The notes under the pieces were generated by a model. It searched no databases. It had not been told where the DNA came from and saw only the letters and a list, made by a program, of their open reading frames with translations. From positions 512,001 through 576,000 of the forward strand of contig CBDESU010000002.1 of NCBI GenBank assembly GCA_965242695.1: 64,000 bases of DNA, written 5' to 3'. This DNA is from Cenarchaeum sp. (GTDB lineage Archaea > Thermoproteota > Nitrososphaeria > Nitrososphaerales > Nitrosopumilaceae). Positions 41,808-50,635 of the stretch are shown here, piece after piece (positions within the stretch are counted from its first letter, which is position 1; each line of letters opens with the position of its first letter). A program made the position numbers and the translations under genes.

Positions 41808-42281
41808 TCACACGTGGCCGCGGAACTTTTCGATCCGGGCCAGCGCGGCCTCTACGTCGCGGGTTCCAAAGTGGCGCTTTTCCTCCCCCATCCTGGCAAT
41901 GATCGACCGCCTGTCCTCCTCGGACAGGGCGCGGTCGGGGGCCAGGTAGCACACCGAGGCGTACAGCTCCAGCCGCAGCGGATCGTCCACGTCGTCGCCC
42001 ATGAGCGCCTGGACCTTGTACGCCGCCCCCCGCTCCGAGGGAGTGAGCTCGGGGTTGTCCTCGTACGCCCCAAGCTCGTCGCCCGAGCAGAGCATCTGGG
42101 TGAGCGACGGCGAGTAGGGCCCCCGTATGTACCAGTGGAAGAGAAAGGGGCCCCCGCCGCCCATCTCCTGTATGAGGAATGCGAGCTTTTGGAGCCGCAG
42201 GCGATCGCCAAGGCCGTCGATCCTGATGGGGCCCAGGTACCGCAGTATCCTCAGGGTCCTGTTCTCGTCGTATATGCTCAA
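41808..42281 (-). CDS. YwgA/DarG-CTD-like wHTH protein
   Basis: DRLRLQKLAFLIQ...FHWYIRGPYSPSL...DDPLRLELYASVCYL. TTG start, ATAAA box at about 42306. Confidence 0.78.
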   Translation of the reverse strand: MSIYDENRTLRILRYLGPIRIDGLGDRLRLQKLAFLIQEMGGGGPFLFHWYIRGPYSPSLTQMLCSGDELGAYEDNPELTPSERGAAYKVQALMGDDVDDPLRLELYASVCYLAPDRALSEEDRRSIIARMGEEKRHFGTRDVEAALARIEKFRGHV

Positions 42282-42532
42282 TGCCGGGGTGGATATGCCG
42301 CGGCGTTTATGCGTTCTTGTGCGGCTGCCCGGCGCCCGGCGCCGCCCCGCAGGGGCGCCCGTGCGGCAGGCGCGACGCTGGCGCAGTGCGCCGGCGGCCA
42401 CCAATATGCGGCGCCGGCAGAAGGGCGGATGGAAGGACGGCGCGCTCAAGGGCGGCCGCCGGCCGGGAGGCAGGGCGGCGGCGGCAAAAGACGAAAGGGG
42501 GCGAGGCGGACGGAGGCCATGGCGGCCGCCGG

Positions 42533-43009
42533 CTAGCGGCTGCTCCTGCGAAACTCCTCGATCTCGGCGAGCGCCGCGGCCACCTGCTCCTCTTTGAAGT
42601 GGGGCTTTGCGCACCGCATGGTCTCTATGATGGACTCCCTGTCCCCCTCGTCTAGGTTGGCCATGGGGGTGATGTACCACACCGCTGCGTACAGCTCCAG
42701 CGTCAGGGGATCGTCGATCCTGCCGTGCACGAGCGACCTGACCCTGCCGGCGATCCGCCGGTCCTCCTCTGTGATGGGGGCCCTGCCGGGCGGATCGTCG
42801 TAGTCGCACCAGAAGCGCAGCTCCCTGGCAAGCGCCGGCGAGTTCGGGCCGCGTATCTGCCAATAGTACCCAAAGCTGTGGTAGTCGCCCACCTCTTGGA
42901 TCAGAAACGCCAGCTTTTGCATGCGGAGGCGATCGTCAAACTTGTCGATGCGTATGGGGCCAAACGACTCTAGTATGTTCAGCGTCCGCATCATGTCCCG
43001 TCCGTACAC
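42533..43009 (-). CDS. YwgA/DarG-CTD-like wHTH protein
   Basis: DRLRMQKLAFLIQ...YWQIRGPNSPAL...DDPLTLELYAAVWYI...KPHF. TTTTAA box at about 43034-43039. Confidence 0.78.
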   Translation of the reverse strand: MYGRDMMRTLNILESFGPIRIDKFDDRLRMQKLAFLIQEVGDYHSFGYYWQIRGPNSPALARELRFWCDYDDPPGRAPITEEDRRIAGRVRSLVHGRIDDPLTLELYAAVWYITPMANLDEGDRESIIETMRCAKPHFKEEQVAAALAEIEEFRRSSR

Positions 43010-43228
43010 TGCCGAGGGCGCATGCGGGCGGCTTAAAAACGGTTCGAGTCCGGGTCGGGCGCCGCGGCGCCCGTCCCGCCGTCGCATCTGCGCAGGGTGC
43101 GTGCCCTTATTTCTTCAGGCGGCACATGCGGCCAAGAGACTCACGGTTCCCGGGGCCGCACGTTCGGGATCGCGGCGCCGCTCCCGCCGGTCACAATTGC
43201 GGCAAGCCCGGCCGCCCCGCGCGCCCCC

Positions 43229-44608
43229 TCACGTGGCATCCCCCGCGTACGGCGCCGACAGCGGCATGCAGCCGCCCCTGCCCGTCCTCGCGGCGCACAC
43301 GCAGCCCGGCCTGGCCCTCGACGCGGGAAAGGTCGTCTCTAGCGTGCCGACATCGACGAGCAGCATGCTCCGCGCAGGATCCGTAATTCCGAACAGCATG
43401 TCCTTGAGCAGGAGCACCGCGTAGCTTGCAGCCATTGTGGTGAGCGACACGACCGACGGGGCCTCTTCGTCGCCTAGGCCTACGACGTACCCCTCGCGCT
43501 CGCGCGCCCTCCTGTCGGCGGGATCGAGCGACTCTGCCAGTATCCTGTCGGGGCTGATTATGCCCGAGCAGAACAGGCACGGGAGTGACGGCGCGACAAT
43601 GCTCGCCCTCACGGTGCCGCCGGCCATCCTGCCGTCCCTCGAGTCTATCCCCACCCCTACGTCGATGACGGGCACAAAGTACTGGTACGCGAGCTCGTTG
43701 AGCACGCTGCGCGGCGCCTGCCTGTCGGTGCAGCCGAACACCATGTCGCACTCACCGAGGCATGCGAGCGCCTCCTGCGACACAATGTCCATGGCCGCCG
43801 CGTCGACGGCGGCATCGGGCGCAATCCTCCCAATGTTCTCCTTTACGACCTCCACCTTTGGCCTGTCCCGCGTGGCGGCGTCCGTGCCGTACATGCGCGT
43901 CAGGTTGCTGGCCGAGAACGCATCGCGGTCGACCAGGGTGAAGCGCTTCACGCCCGCCCTGGCAAGCTGCTCGGCGACCGACGAGCCGGTGCCGCCGACG
44001 CCGGCTATGCCCACCCTGATGCCGGACAGTATCCTCTGCCCGGCGATCCCGAACGCGCGGATCTGCCGGTCGTACAGGGACGTGTCGACGGTGTCCTCGC
44101 CCGCATTATGGGCGAGCGGCCGCATGGCCATCCGGCGGCCCACCACCCTGAGCTCGTCGATCGGCTCTACGCCGCCGTCCTCGGTCCACACCCTGCCCGC
44201 CATCGACTCTGGCCCGAAGAGGAGGCTCCCCATCGGCCTGCCGTAGAGGCACTTTCTGACGGTGTCCGACGACTCGGACTCGCCGTAGTCGTCCGACGGG
44301 GAGTACTCCAGGGCCGCGCCTCCGAGCGGGTGCGTGTGCATCTGGATAACGGTGATGCCGTCCGCATCGGCCGCCCCGATCGCCCTGTTGAAGTACAGGG
44401 GGGATATCTCCAAGTGTCGGGCGGTGCGCACGTTGTAGTCGCGCTCGCCGGGGATCAGGACGTCCCTGACGGCAAGGTGGATTCCGCGCTCGGTCCTAAA
44501 GTATCCCGCGGTGGCAAGGGCGGCCGACTCGACGCTCCGGTCCTGGAGCAGGTACCGGCGCAGCGTGGCAAGATGCTCAGATGTGATTCTGACCGTGTTC
44601 ATGGTCAC
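43229..44608 (-). CDS. JAB/MPN+ peptidase fused to a ThiF/E1 adenylyltransferase
   Basis: N-terminal VESAA...MHTHP...YSPSDD (JAMM). C-terminal DRQI, GVGGTGS, DRD...SNLTR, FGCTD and CLFC...CVC. GTG overlaps the E2 stop. Confidence 0.88.
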   Translation of the reverse strand: MTMNTVRITSEHLATLRRYLLQDRSVESAALATAGYFRTERGIHLAVRDVLIPGERDYNVRTARHLEISPLYFNRAIGAADADGITVIQMHTHPLGGAALEYSPSDDYGESESSDTVRKCLYGRPMGSLLFGPESMAGRVWTEDGGVEPIDELRVVGRRMAMRPLAHNAGEDTVDTSLYDRQIRAFGIAGQRILSGIRVGIAGVGGTGSSVAEQLARAGVKRFTLVDRDAFSASNLTRMYGTDAATRDRPKVEVVKENIGRIAPDAAVDAAAMDIVSQEALACLGECDMVFGCTDRQAPRSVLNELAYQYFVPVIDVGVGIDSRDGRMAGGTVRASIVAPSLPCLFCSGIISPDRILAESLDPADRRAREREGYVVGLGDEEAPSVVSLTTMAASYAVLLLKDMLFGITDPARSMLLVDVGTLETTFPASRARPGCVCAARTGRGGCMPLSAPYAGDAT

Positions 44609-44982
44609 TCGTTCCTGCTCATCCGGTCGTCCACTACGGTCAGGTACGTCAGCAGGCTGTCGTGGACGGGATCCCAGGTCCCCACGTGCCAGCTGAAGCG
44701 CTGCCACTGCCTTCCGAACTGGTCCTCGATCGTCGCGGCGTTGACCGGGGCGCCGCGCCTTAGCGACACGGGCGGGTCGAGCCAGAACATGTCGATCGTC
44801 GCGTTCGGGTACGTCGGGTGCGTCTTGATCAGCAGGTCGGCCGACGGCCTGTCCCAGATCTCGGCCGGGATGGGATAGTCCTTGACGACGATGCCGATCT
44901 CGTCGCCCAGTATGGTCTCTACCGTGCGGCCCTCTTCGCGCAGCCTGTCAATGTCGGCCTGGAGGGCGGGCGGCAGCCTCAC
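44605..44982 (-). CDS. Prokaryotic E2-like protein (family E)
   Basis: GIVVKDYPIP...YPNATIDMFW...GRQWQRFSWH...WDPVHDSLLTYL. Confidence 0.85.
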   Translation of the reverse strand: MRLPPALQADIDRLREEGRTVETILGDEIGIVVKDYPIPAEIWDRPSADLLIKTHPTYPNATIDMFWLDPPVSLRRGAPVNAATIEDQFGRQWQRFSWHVGTWDPVHDSLLTYLTVVDDRMSRNE

Positions 44983-45374
44983 GGGACATCACCGGGCCCC
45001 CGCGGCGTTGGGCGGGGCTGCAAGTGCCTGGCGTCCGGCGTCTTGATATGGTTCAATGTCCCGCCGAACGCGCCCGCGTTTACGATGCGGAACCTCATTC
45101 CGCCTGCAAGGTTGACGGACTGGTCGTCCAGTACGGCCTCGCCGTCCCCGCCCGGCCCCGCGGCGGGGCCGCCCTCGATCCGGATGACCAGGCGGTTCAT
45201 CGGCTCCTTTGCCAGCCTCTTGAGGTCGGCGCCGGTCATCGAGGGCCCGTCGACCTGGTACGCTGTGTTGTTGATGGAGATTGTGATGCGATCGGCGCCG
45301 CCCGTGCGCGCAGCCGGGCCCGCGGCGCCGCCGCTGCCGCCGGGCGCGGGGCCAGGCTCCCCGTTGTCCGCCAT
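44979..45374 (-). CDS. Ubiquitin-like (multi-ubiquitin type) protein with a C-terminal extension
   Basis: ITISINNTAYQVDGPSMTGADLKRLA...DDQSVNLAGGMRFRIVNAGAFG, followed by about 27 extra residues. TAAATA box at about 45398-45403. Confidence 0.8.
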   Translation of the reverse strand: MADNGEPGPAPGGSGGAAGPAARTGGADRITISINNTAYQVDGPSMTGADLKRLAKEPMNRLVIRIEGGPAAGPGGDGEAVLDDQSVNLAGGMRFRIVNAGAFGGTLNHIKTPDARHLQPRPTPRGPGDVP

Positions 45375-45516
45375 TCCGACTTCACTTTGCATGTGCATAT
45401 TTAGACCATGCCCGCAGGCCGTGCGCGGGTCGAACGCATATCCAGATCTATGGGACGGTGCGCGCCGGGCAGGGATGCGCCTTCCCCTGTACCTTGCCGG
45501 GATTGCGCTTCCGGCC

Positions 45517-46746
45517 TCAAAGATAGTCCTCAAGCTTGTCTGCATGGCCCTTTGCCAGCGCCCTGAGGACCGCCCCTCCCCTGTACCTTGCCAGCATGTC
45601 CTTTTTCCGCATGGCCGGCAGGATCGAGCCGTTGCGCATGAATGTCTCGGCCTGGGCGGAAAACTCGGCATCCAGGAGCGCCGCGTTGCGCGCCGCGTTC
45701 TGCCGCTTGTCGGCGTACCGCGGATCCCGGGTCCAGACGTAGTAGTACGAGTCCCGATCTAGCAGGCGGGCCTTGCGGCCGGCGGCAGCCTGCGCCGAGC
45801 AGGCGGGGGGCGGGGGGCGCCTCGGCTCCCTGTTCGATCCTATGATGCTCGCTCCGGCCACGGATGCAAGCACGTCGGACGCGGGGCTCGGGCCGGCGGC
45901 GGCTCCCGGTGCGATCTCGCGCCCCATGTTGGCAAAGTATGCGACGGACCTGCCCGTGTTGCCCGACTCGAGTATGCGCCTGTGCGCGTACGCGATCCTG
46001 TCCATCGTCGCATTGCTGACGGCCTTGCCCTCAAAGTCGAACCAGAGGCAGAGGCGGTCCTCGGCAATGTATAGTCACGAGCACATGTCCTTGACCCTCT
46101 TTTTGCTGCATCGACGCCTAATCGATGCACATAAAAGGGTCAGGAACTTATGCTCGGGACTATAGTGGTCCATGAGCCTGGACATGTCGGCGTGCGACAG
46201 CCTCAGCGACACCGGCACGAATATGGGCTTGGCGTTTCGGGTGTCCAGTATGTCAAAGGCCGAGTCGACAAAGCCGATGTAGTCGTCAATGGTCGGCCCG
46301 GCGCCGACGTCCAGGCACGACGTCCTTGGCATGCGCATGTTGGGAACTGTCAGGAACAGGGTCGAGAACTGGCAGTACATGTCGAACAGGGCGCACCACC
46401 TGTCCTCGCCCTCGCTACTGTCCACGCACGGGTTGAATGCGAGGGTGAAGTTGACCACGGTGGGCAGGCCCAGCCAGCGCTTGCGGTTGAAGAACTGGCA
46501 TATCCTGCCGTCGTCGCGCTCGTCCATTAGGGCGGCGATCGTCGACTCGCTCCGTATCTCCCTGGACGTCTCGGCCACCGCAAGGCCGCGCGCGGAGCCC
46601 TTCCCGTATGCCGACTCGGTCAGGCCGCGCGCATCGAGAGTCTTGAGGGGCCTCTCGAAGCGGGTGTTTCCTATCCTGAACCGCTTTACGCTAAACCAGG
46701 TCTCTTTGTCCTGATGGGACTCTGCGATGTCGATGACGCCCGTCAT
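45517..46746 (-). pseudogene. Conserved-looking alpha/beta hypothetical protein interrupted by a 91-bp MITE
   Basis: Removing 46072-46164 joins ...SRLMDHY|IAEDRLCLWFDFEGKAVSNATMDRIAY... into a single frame. Confidence 0.75.
46072..46162. mobile_element. 91-bp palindromic MITE with a TA target duplication (IS630/Tc1-mariner-like signature)
   Basis: Arms tagtcacgagcacatgtccttgaccctc...tgcatcga and tcgatgca...agggtcaggaacttatgctcgggacta. TA at 46070-46071 and 46163-46164. Confidence 0.88.
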
Positions 46747-47066
46747 GCGCCCCGCGCCTCCCGCAGGGCCGCGCCGTCCAGGCGCCAGCGCCGCAGACTT
46801 CCCGCCCCTGCCGTCCTGCCCAACATCGATCGCCCCGCCGGGCGGTATTAGTTCTGTTCGGCGCGGGCGCGGGGGGGGGCACAATGCGCCCTGCGGCGCG
46901 GCCGGGGTCTGCGGGGCCCGCGGGTTGCGCTGCACGCCAGTCCCAGCAAATGCCGCCGCGGGCGGGCGGCCGGCGGCGCGCAGCTCGCAGCACAATCCGG
47001 GTGGGCCTTGTCGCCGCCGCAGGCGCAGGCAGGGGGACGGGGGGCTCGATCCGGAGGCGTATCGGC

Positions 47067-47324
47067 TCATTCAGGCGGAGAGGGGGAGGGGGAGGGGGGC
47101 CGTCCGCGGCCGATCTTGCGCAGGATTGCACGGCATGCGGCGGAGATGCGGCGGCGGATGCCGCCGCTAATGCCGCGCCGCGGCCGCCCCTTGCACATCC
47201 TGTCGATCTCGGACTTGGTCGTGTTCTCGACGCTGATCCCGAGGCGCACGATGTACGCGGTGATGTCGCCCTTGGTCCTGAACAGTGACCTGGCTATCTC
47301 CACGTCCCTTTCGCTGGGGGGCAT
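47067..47324 (-). CDS. Small basic hypothetical protein (copy 1)
   Basis: RDVEIARSL...ITAYIVRLGISVENTTKSEI. Paralog at 62617-62814. TTTATAA box at about 47349-47355. Confidence 0.65.
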   Translation of the reverse strand: MPPSERDVEIARSLFRTKGDITAYIVRLGISVENTTKSEIDRMCKGRPRRGISGGIRRRISAACRAILRKIGRGRPPSPSPSPPE

Positions 47325-48006
47325 CCGCTCTGGGGGCGGATCCCATCCTTATAAAATGTGCCCGGGCTGGGCGGGGCCAATTCGACATTCCAGGCGGGGT
47401 CCTGGGCCGTGGGGCGGGTGCACGCTACGGGGGCGGCAAAGCCAAGGGCGGACATGCGGACTCCCGCCACCGCTCGTGCGGGGCGGGCTTTTGGGTGCGG
47501 CCGAAGCGCAGGCCGCTTCGAGCCCCGAAAGATACGCGCATGCGGCGGCAGGATGCCGGCGCGGCGCGCGGCATCGAGCAAGGGAGAGACGTGCCCGCCC
47601 ACCAGTGCCGGCGCGGGGAAAGTGGATGCAGGAACGCGAAGCACTTTGCGCACGCCGGGGCAGGGTGCGCATCTGTCCACGCCATACAGGCGGCGATGCG
47701 CAGAGAAACGGTGCGCGATGCCGTCGGGCGCATCCAGCGCGTCGCTTCGTCGCAGGCGGGCACGGCGGCCGGCGCCGGCTGCATGCTCCAGTGCGGCTTT
47801 GACGCGGCGCGAGGCGGGCACGGCGGCAGATAAGCATGCGAAGACGGCATCCGCGTGCATCGGGCGCGCAGATCCTGATGGCTGAAAATGTGCATCTGCG
47901 TGCCCCGGCGCGGCGCCGGCACGCGCCAAGGCTGCCGATGCGGCCCTCGGCTTTGGGCAAGACAGTGCTCCTGCAATCCGCGGCCCGCCGCCTCCGGGAG
48001 TGGTGC

Positions 48007-48492
48007 TTACCGCCTCATCTTGCGCTTGAACTTTAGTATGGCAGACGCCGCCCCGGCCGCCTCTTCGCGTGTGAACTGGGGCTTGCGGCTGAGCAGCTCG
48101 TCCACGGCCGAGTCCGCGTCCCCGGCCGTTGCGGCGCGGCGCCGCGGGAAAAAGTACCAGAGCGACGCGTAGAGCTCCAAGTCGTAGGAAGAGTCGATCC
48201 CGTCGCCGAGCAAATCCCTCATCCTTGCCACCACGCCCCTTTCGCGCCTAGTCAGGCGCTGCTCAGCTCCCAGCCTGCCCTGCGACTCGTACCTGTACAG
48301 CTCCTTCGTCAGTGTAGGCGAGTACGGGCCGCGGTGGTACCACGAGAACATGAACCCGCCGGATGCCCCGAGCGCCTGCGCCAAGTAACCGAGTTTTTGG
48401 AGCCGGATGCGATCCTCGAATCTTGCGAGCGTGACATGGCAGAACGAGTTGGCTATCCTCATCGTCTCGCTGTCGCTGTACGTCGGGGGCAA
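48007..48492 (-). CDS. YwgA/DarG-CTD-like wHTH protein; closest paralog of 37549-38028
   Basis: FEDRIRLQKLGYL...GASGGFMFSWYHRGPYSPTLT...LELYASLWYF...KPQFTR. ATTATTAATA box at about 48516-48525. Confidence 0.78.
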   Translation of the reverse strand: MPPTYSDSETMRIANSFCHVTLARFEDRIRLQKLGYLAQALGASGGFMFSWYHRGPYSPTLTKELYRYESQGRLGAEQRLTRRERGVVARMRDLLGDGIDSSYDLELYASLWYFFPRRRAATAGDADSAVDELLSRKPQFTREEAAGAASAILKFKRKMRR

Positions 48493-48596
48493 TAGGGGCG
48501 CGCCGGAGAGGCGGCTATTAATAATTTTTCCCGCGGCGGCCAACGGCCGCGGCCGCGCCCGCCAAGAGATAAAGCCGGCGCACGGGGCGGCGGCCC

Positions 48597-49415
48597 ATGG
48601 CAGATCCCGACACGGCCGCGGACGGCGCGCCGCGGATCGGCGACGGCTCGTCCGTGCGCGGCGACGTGAGCCTCGGCGACGGCGTCCGCATAGGCAGGGG
48701 CTGCGTCATAGAGGGGGCGGTATCGATAGGCGGCCATACGCGAATAGACGACTACTGCGTCGTGCGCGGCCGCATTACCATGGGCGAGGGCAACTGGATA
48801 TACCCGTTCTGCACCATAGGGACGGGGCCGCAGCATACCGGGCATCCGGAGGATCCCGCGGCCGACCCCGCCGAGGACCCCGGCAAGGGCGAGATCGTCA
48901 TGGGGTCGAACAATACAATGAGGGGGTACGCCTCGATAAACCTCCCGTCCGTGACGGCCCGCACCGAGGTCGGGTCGGGCTGCCACCTGCTTGCATACTC
49001 GCATGTGGCGCACGACTGCACGGTGCGCGACGGGGCCATCCTGTCGGCCGGCGTCATACTGGGCGGGCATACCGAGGTCGGCGCAGGCGCCCACCTTGGC
49101 CTCGGGACGATGGTGCACCCGCACACCAGAATAGGCAGGCTCGCCATGGTCGGCCTGCGCGGCGCCGTCACAAAGAACGTGCCGCCGTTTGCGCTGATCA
49201 ACGACGGCCGGTTCACGAGGGTCAACGCGGTGGGGATGGAGAGGGCCGGGATGGCCGAGTCCGAGATCGCCGAGGTCAAACGCGCGTACGAGGCGATGGC
49301 CGGCGGGGGAGGGGACATGCCCTACGGGGGAGGCGGGCAGGACGGGGCCTTGGCCGGGGAGATACGCGGGTTTGTGAAAGCCTCGGAGCGGGAGTGCTAC
49401 GCGCCGCAGTTCTAG
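48597..49415 (+). CDS. LpxA-like left-handed beta-helix acyltransferase
   Basis: Hexapeptide repeats, IYPFCTIGTGPQ, YSHVAHDC, LGGH, KNVPPFAL, VNAVGMER and a C-terminal helical domain. Confidence 0.8.
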   Translation: MADPDTAADGAPRIGDGSSVRGDVSLGDGVRIGRGCVIEGAVSIGGHTRIDDYCVVRGRITMGEGNWIYPFCTIGTGPQHTGHPEDPAADPAEDPGKGEIVMGSNNTMRGYASINLPSVTARTEVGSGCHLLAYSHVAHDCTVRDGAILSAGVILGGHTEVGAGAHLGLGTMVHPHTRIGRLAMVGLRGAVTKNVPPFALINDGRFTRVNAVGMERAGMAESEIAEVKRAYEAMAGGGGDMPYGGGGQDGALAGEIRGFVKASERECYAPQF

Positions 49416-49732
49416 CGCGCGGATGCGCCGCATCGTCCGGCCGGCGGCCACAAGGCGTCGATTGCCGTGGCCGTGCGCGGCACAGGGCCCATGATATGCC
49501 GCGGCCGGCGATCATGTCCGGTCCGTACTTTGTCATGGGCTGCGAGAGCAGCCGCCTTCCCCGCGTGTTTTCCATGTCGCCCCAAAGGCGTGCGCGTGCG
49601 GGCCTACGAGGCGCGGCCTTTTTGGCCGCGCCGGCATCGCCGCCATGCGGCGGGGGCATCCCCTACGGTGCGACCGACGCCGCCGCGCGGCCGCAGTCCC
49701 GCCGCTCGACGCCCTCGGGCCGCGTCGCCCCC

Positions 49733-50185
49733 CTAGGCAGGCTGGCCCGTACGAGCAACCGGGCCGCGCCAGGCGGCGCCCCCGCCCGCAACCCCCGCGC
49801 ACTGCGCCCTCACGTAGGCGTTGCGTTCGCTGTCGACCAGTCCGGACCTCTTTGCCGCAACAACCGTCCGGCACCTGTCCGCAACCTCCAGCACGCCTAT
49901 GCCAAGGTCGTCAAAATGGCCCAGATCCACGCGCGGAATCGTCTTGTGCCAGATCGCGGCGTACGAGTATTCGGCCACGTACTGGTTGAAGCGGGCCTGG
50001 CGCAGGACGGCCGGCCAGTCGCGAACCTTGACCTCGATGGCCACCAGGCTCGTGCCGGCCGTGGTCACCATGTCGATTCGCCTTCGCCCCAGTGACCAGT
50101 GGGCGGTGCCTACCTCGTACCAGAAGGCCTTGCGGGCGAACGGCCCGGACATCCTTATCGGCCCGTACAGGCTTGCCTCCCTCAC
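49733..50185 (-). CDS. PD-(D/E)xK nuclease-fold protein (sce7726/MmcB-like)
   Basis: YEV...RRIDMV...LVAIEVKVRDW..VLRQA...AEYSYAA...GIGVL. Confidence 0.72.
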   Translation of the reverse strand: MREASLYGPIRMSGPFARKAFWYEVGTAHWSLGRRRIDMVTTAGTSLVAIEVKVRDWPAVLRQARFNQYVAEYSYAAIWHKTIPRVDLGHFDDLGIGVLEVADRCRTVVAAKRSGLVDSERNAYVRAQCAGVAGGGAAWRGPVARTGQPA

Positions 50186-50302
50186 GCGCGCATCCCTCCC
50201 GCAAGCCTGCGCAGATCCACCCCGGAGCCTGCGCCTGCCCCTCTGCGCCATGCCGCCATGCGCAAGACGGTCGCCTTCCAGGCCGCGGCCGGTGCGGCGC
50301 CG

Positions 50303-50527
50303 CTAGCCGGCCTCGACAAAGATGAGCCTCTTCATCGCATCGCCGGCAAAGAACTGCCTCTTGGTCTCCGGAAACGCCTGCACAAACCCCGCAATGCATG
50401 TCCTGAGGTTCGCCCTGACCTCCGTCCGGTTACTGCCGGTCACAAGGATGGCCGGGTTGGCGATGCACTGCGCCAAGAGGTGCCCCCCGTCCCTGTCCAG
50501 CCTGATCTTTAGCTCAGACGCAGCCAT
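50303..50527 (-). CDS. HicB-like antitoxin domain, orphan
   Basis: DRDGGHLLAQCIANPAILVTGSNRTEVRANLRTCI. TTATAT box at about 50550-50555. Confidence 0.6.
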   Translation of the reverse strand: MAASELKIRLDRDGGHLLAQCIANPAILVTGSNRTEVRANLRTCIAGFVQAFPETKRQFFAGDAMKRLIFVEAG

Positions 50528-50610
50528 GCGGGGCCGCCCCCGCGTGCGGATATAACCGTTTGCATGCCCGCTCCCGGGCGGACGGTCGCCTGCAAGTGGC
50601 CGCCGCCGGC

Positions 50611-50620
50611 AAAAAAAAAA
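50611..50620 (-). terminator. Putative archaeal oligo-U terminator (T10)
   Basis: A10 on the plus strand, 16 nt past the methyltransferase stop at 50636. Confidence 0.45.
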
Positions 50621-50635
50621 GGCCGCGGCCGCCGG

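Noticed and set aside
48407-50095. 562-aa plus-strand ORF
   Set aside because: Arg/Gly/Pro-rich off-frame shadow of the LpxA-like gene.
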